From: Balanoglossus misakiensis
Lineage: Eukaryota; Animalia; Hemichordata
Reading direction: 5' to 3'
Length of the DNA stretch: 64,000 bases
NCBI GenBank assembly: GCA_040954595.2
Contig: CM082597.2
Coordinates: 3,626,014-3,690,013, forward strand
Part shown: in pieces, positions 60,201-64,000 of the stretch
Layout of the letters: every line of letters begins with the position of its first letter
How positions within the stretch are numbered: the first letter of the stretch is position 1
The notes under the pieces: generated by a model
Told to the model about the DNA's origin: nothing
Databases searched by the model: none
Seen by the model: the letters and a program-made list of their open reading frames with translations, nothing else
Program-made: the position numbers and the translations under genes

Positions 60201-63200
60201 CAATGGTCATCGCTAATCACATGAAACTGTGGGACTCGCTAAACGAAATCACAAACCTGTTCTGTGGTGAGATAAACAGATGTGTACTTTAATCGCAAGG
60301 ACTACATGTATTTGATGGGGATGCATGACATTGCCTTGGGTGAATGAATGCCAAGTAGATATTTCAAAAACATGTACAATGTACACTACAGTACATTGTT
60401 GAACACGCTCCACTGAAACAAGATCACTGCTGCAAGATACAATATATGCTTAACATACATACATTTGACAAAGTCTTGTGTGTTTATTATTATACGAACC
60501 CTAACTGTTTCGGGATGTGTCGTACATGAAGATGCGGTACATTCATCACCACTAAATACAGCAGTTGAAGAAACATGACCGATTCTGTTTGACATACTCC
60601 ATTATCCAATGGAGGGCCAAACTTCAACCCCGAATACAGCGCATGTTACCTACGCTGTTGAAAAACTATGAAATTAAACACTCTATTTGTCCTAGTTTAC
60701 CCCTTTCACTGGCAAACTATGGTTTGACCACACTGTCACCAGTGCTGTGGTTGGACCTTAATACAGGGGAAGTGGGGGGGTGTGGGTAATGAAAGCAAAA
60801 TTAGTTTATTAATTTATTGACACATGAGTTTAGTTTTTAGAGATCATGCAACTTTCTATTGTGTGATGACATTCATTATGCATGTCCACAAACCATTTAA
60901 CTGAAGTAAAACTCAAATTATATTGTCAAATAATGATGACAAGATCATAATGTGAAAGGGTGAACAATACAGCTAAGTGCGTCTAAACCTGATGTCACCC
61001 CCATATTCCCTGTACATGGGGCCACCCATTTCACTATAACACAGTGAGATCATACCAATATTAACAGAGTGAGGGGGTAAGCCTCACATGATGGACCATA
61101 CCTACCTCTGAATTTCTTGTCTAGCGCTAGCCATAACACTGCATCGGGCCGAAACATATCATGATAAAAACGGCGAGAGTAGCAAGTCGACTAGAGATGC
61201 AGTCAAACGTTCGCGTCAACGATGCCTTCACGCATGGCGTGGAAAGGAAACAGAGCTTGATGATCTGAAAATAAACAAGGAAGTACACTTTCAGCGAAGG
61301 AGTTATTCAACATAAAAGAGCGAATATGCATAATAAAATAATAAACTAACAAGGAAATGAAACAAGACATATAGGCTAGTAATAATGCATTATGTATGTA
61401 CATATGATCATGTATCATATGAGATAGCAATGTCCGCTTATTCTATATTGAGGAAAAGTATATATAAATCAAAGAATTGTACACTCTGCCAAACACATAT
61501 ACTAGGGTAATAGCGGTATGAGTATCCAAACATCAAATCATGTTAGAGATTGTGGAAAGTGCTTAGCTGTTTTCAGTATCCAAATATGGGTTTTTCAGTA
61601 TCCAAATATGGGGTTATGACAAATAGAATAACTGGGCAACGATTTGTACTGCCTCACTTGATTTTTAATCGCAGCGAAGAAAATACACTCCCCAATTGAA
61701 TATTACGAGGGTAATACAAACTGGTTGGTTTTGCTTCCATTTTTACACAAATACTGTTTATGAGACAAAGTACAATTTGATTGTTTTGTTTTGTTTTGTC
61801 CTACTTTTTGCTGTAATGACAGCCTCCCTACTTGCAACATCACATGATTATAAATACCCACAAAGCAAACACTCAGAGCTTTCATTTTCTCTTGAGACTC
61901 TTGTACACACATAAACGTGTACAACCTTTTGCTTGTGAATGACTCAGGGCTCTCAGAAAGAAGATCACTCGAAAACAACAAGAGAAACTGAGTCACACAC
62001 ACACACGCACCAGACTCAATTCAAAACAGCCAATCAGAGTTCACCACTGTTTATTGACCCTTGACCTTCCCGTAATCCCTGCCCAATGTCACCCAATGGC
62101 AGCTGCAATTTGTTTGGCAAAGTCAAACTGTTTTTTTCTAGTAATGATGTGTGTTAGAGACAGTCGTGTTTACATTTCAACCGTATTTTAAACTTAAACT
62201 TTGAGGGAAATATACATACGAGGGAGATAAGCTTTTGAAATGGAACTACTATTGGTAGCCTGGCGCTAGCTTATGCATACATGTATGTCCTATCTGACCT
62301 TATGATACCTGGGACATCAAAGCACATTGCACACATGCAAAAATCAGTTGATATACCTAAGTACAGAGAGACATGTATCTATAAGCATTCCTCACAGTTT
62401 CAATACTCTGCTGGTGCTACAAATATTTTCGCGCCTATGGTTAATTTGCCTGAAAGTGCGAAATTACATCAGAAGTGAACAACTGTGCCGTGTGTTTTGA
62501 TTTTCTACAAATCACACCGAGCTAATTTGTGTACAATTGATTCCGTTTATCGCAGACTTGTGAAGGAGGCAACAAGTGCATTTTTTAAAGCTCTTGAAAC
62601 CTTTCAGCCGATACTTAGCCCGTAATCGGAGTCAAGTCTGCGATAATTGACCCACTTTTGTGCGAACGAATTACTGGCATTCCCCCCGGTCTCTAATTCC
62701 ACTCTCGGCTCTAAACACTGGGTGAACATGCCACACACTTGACGAGGAGTCGAACTGACAGCTATGCAGGGGCAGCGTTTTCAGACCCTCTGAGTACCGA
62801 CCTAGTGTACACTGGAAGAAAATGTTGACTATGCGTTCTATTCATCAGATCGGCACCCGTCTCATCGGAACCACAAGAGTGTTTTTTTTTTATAAAGCCC
62901 GCATGCACAATGTATAGTATCACAAAATTAAGAGTGTTTACAGTTCCTTGGCCATACCAGTACATGTACTACTTTCAAGACCTGGTAGCCGTGGAAACGA
63001 ACCACAAACTGGAAACCAGCCTATACTGAACACCTGCATACAACATGTACCAGTATCTCAGTAAGATCTGTTGTATATAGGTCCAATATGAACTGTATGT
63101 CCAGGTCAACGAATTATGAAACAAGTCACTGACATATACTGTGATCTAGCCAGATCTTAATACATGTGTGGCATTTTGGGGTTATTAATAATTTCTCCTG

Positions 63201-63551
63201 CAATTTCTCACTTCATGCTTGTCCCATCATGATACGCATGTCACAGTTAACATAAACAAAATCTGGTTATCAGGCTTAGCTTACACATCAACACCTACGG
63301 TATTACATATTCCGAATCTTTCCAGTGGCAGGAGTTGAAGTAACAGTATCTGGGTCAACGATCAGTTTTCCGTAACGGGAAACAGCTTTCGAAAATATGA
63401 TGCGTGCGATCAAATTTCCGTGTCTGCAAATCATGTCGACACTCAGGTACCTGATGGGTTTATAAGTAGGGCCAAAATTAGCTGTCATTACAAGATTTCC
63501 GAACTAAGATTACAAAAATGTGATATATGTTGTAGATCCCAGTAAATGTAC

Positions 63552-63577
63552 CCACAGACATGTTTCATGATGTCCAT
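63552..63577 (-). CDS. Candidate first coding exon of the RhoGAP gene (MDIMKHVC-G)
   Basis: GCAATGG start context; phase-2 donor GG|GTACAT fits the acceptor at 57290, giving MDIMKHVCGSQRVRK. The donor is weak and there is no independent support. Confidence 0.3.
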
Positions 63578-64000
63578 TGCAGTATGTCAGGGGTATATGC
63601 TGGGTCTGAGATTGAGATATGCTGGCTTCTCAGAGCCCAAGACAAAACAGACTGAGACAAGAATGAAGAATACTCATTACTGAATCCAGACCATAGGGAA
63701 AGCGGCTTGCCTGACGAAGCACTGGAGTCTGAACTGAAGACAGACACCTCATGCACAGTGTACACTGTACATGTACATGCTTTGACGCATGTCAAATATG
63801 GATACTGAAAAAAGAAAGGTCAACACCCTATATACCAGACAATGGCGGGTCTGTTACCGAACGCCAAGGCACTCAATACACCCTGCAGTCACAGAACTAC
63901 ACACCCTGCACACAAGGCCCCCCTTTTAACCCAGACACTACAGCTGGTCTCTTTTTCATGTACAAGGCCCCTAAACACTGCACGCAGACCAAACCTCTAT

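Noticed and set aside
63565-63795. 76-aa Ser-rich ORF as a separate gene
   Set aside because: No recognisable homology; more plausibly 5' UTR, uORF or non-coding sequence

Overview
Intron-rich, AT-rich animal genomic DNA; an invertebrate deuterostome such as a hemichordate or echinoderm is my unverified guess. Three spliced protein-coding genes lie in tandem on the minus strand. (1) An outer-arm axonemal dynein heavy chain of the DNAH5/DNAH8 class, with a DNAH8-like N-terminus; 75 coding exons were traced from the ATG at 36651 down to 237 and the 3' end lies outside the window. (2) A complete 5-exon inosine-uridine-preferring nucleoside hydrolase (38563-41327). (3) An ARHGAP32/33-type PX-SH3-RhoGAP gene (43446 to at least 57289; first exon uncertain). 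Introns carry many short non-autonomous DNA elements (TTAA-flanked Kolobok/T2-like and piggyBac-like, TA-flanked Tc1/pogo-like, one with a 9-bp TSD), microsatellites and a 52-bp minisatellite. I found no prokaryote-type system or CRISPR. The best leads concern splicing: a duplicated 45-nt in-frame exon in the RhoGAP domain with two downstream UGCAUG motifs, a minisatellite made of copies of the next exon's branch point/pyrimidine tract, candidate internal first exons, a GC-AG intron in the dynein, and a degenerate Penelope-type hammerhead core. All calls were made by eye; none is confirmed by a search.
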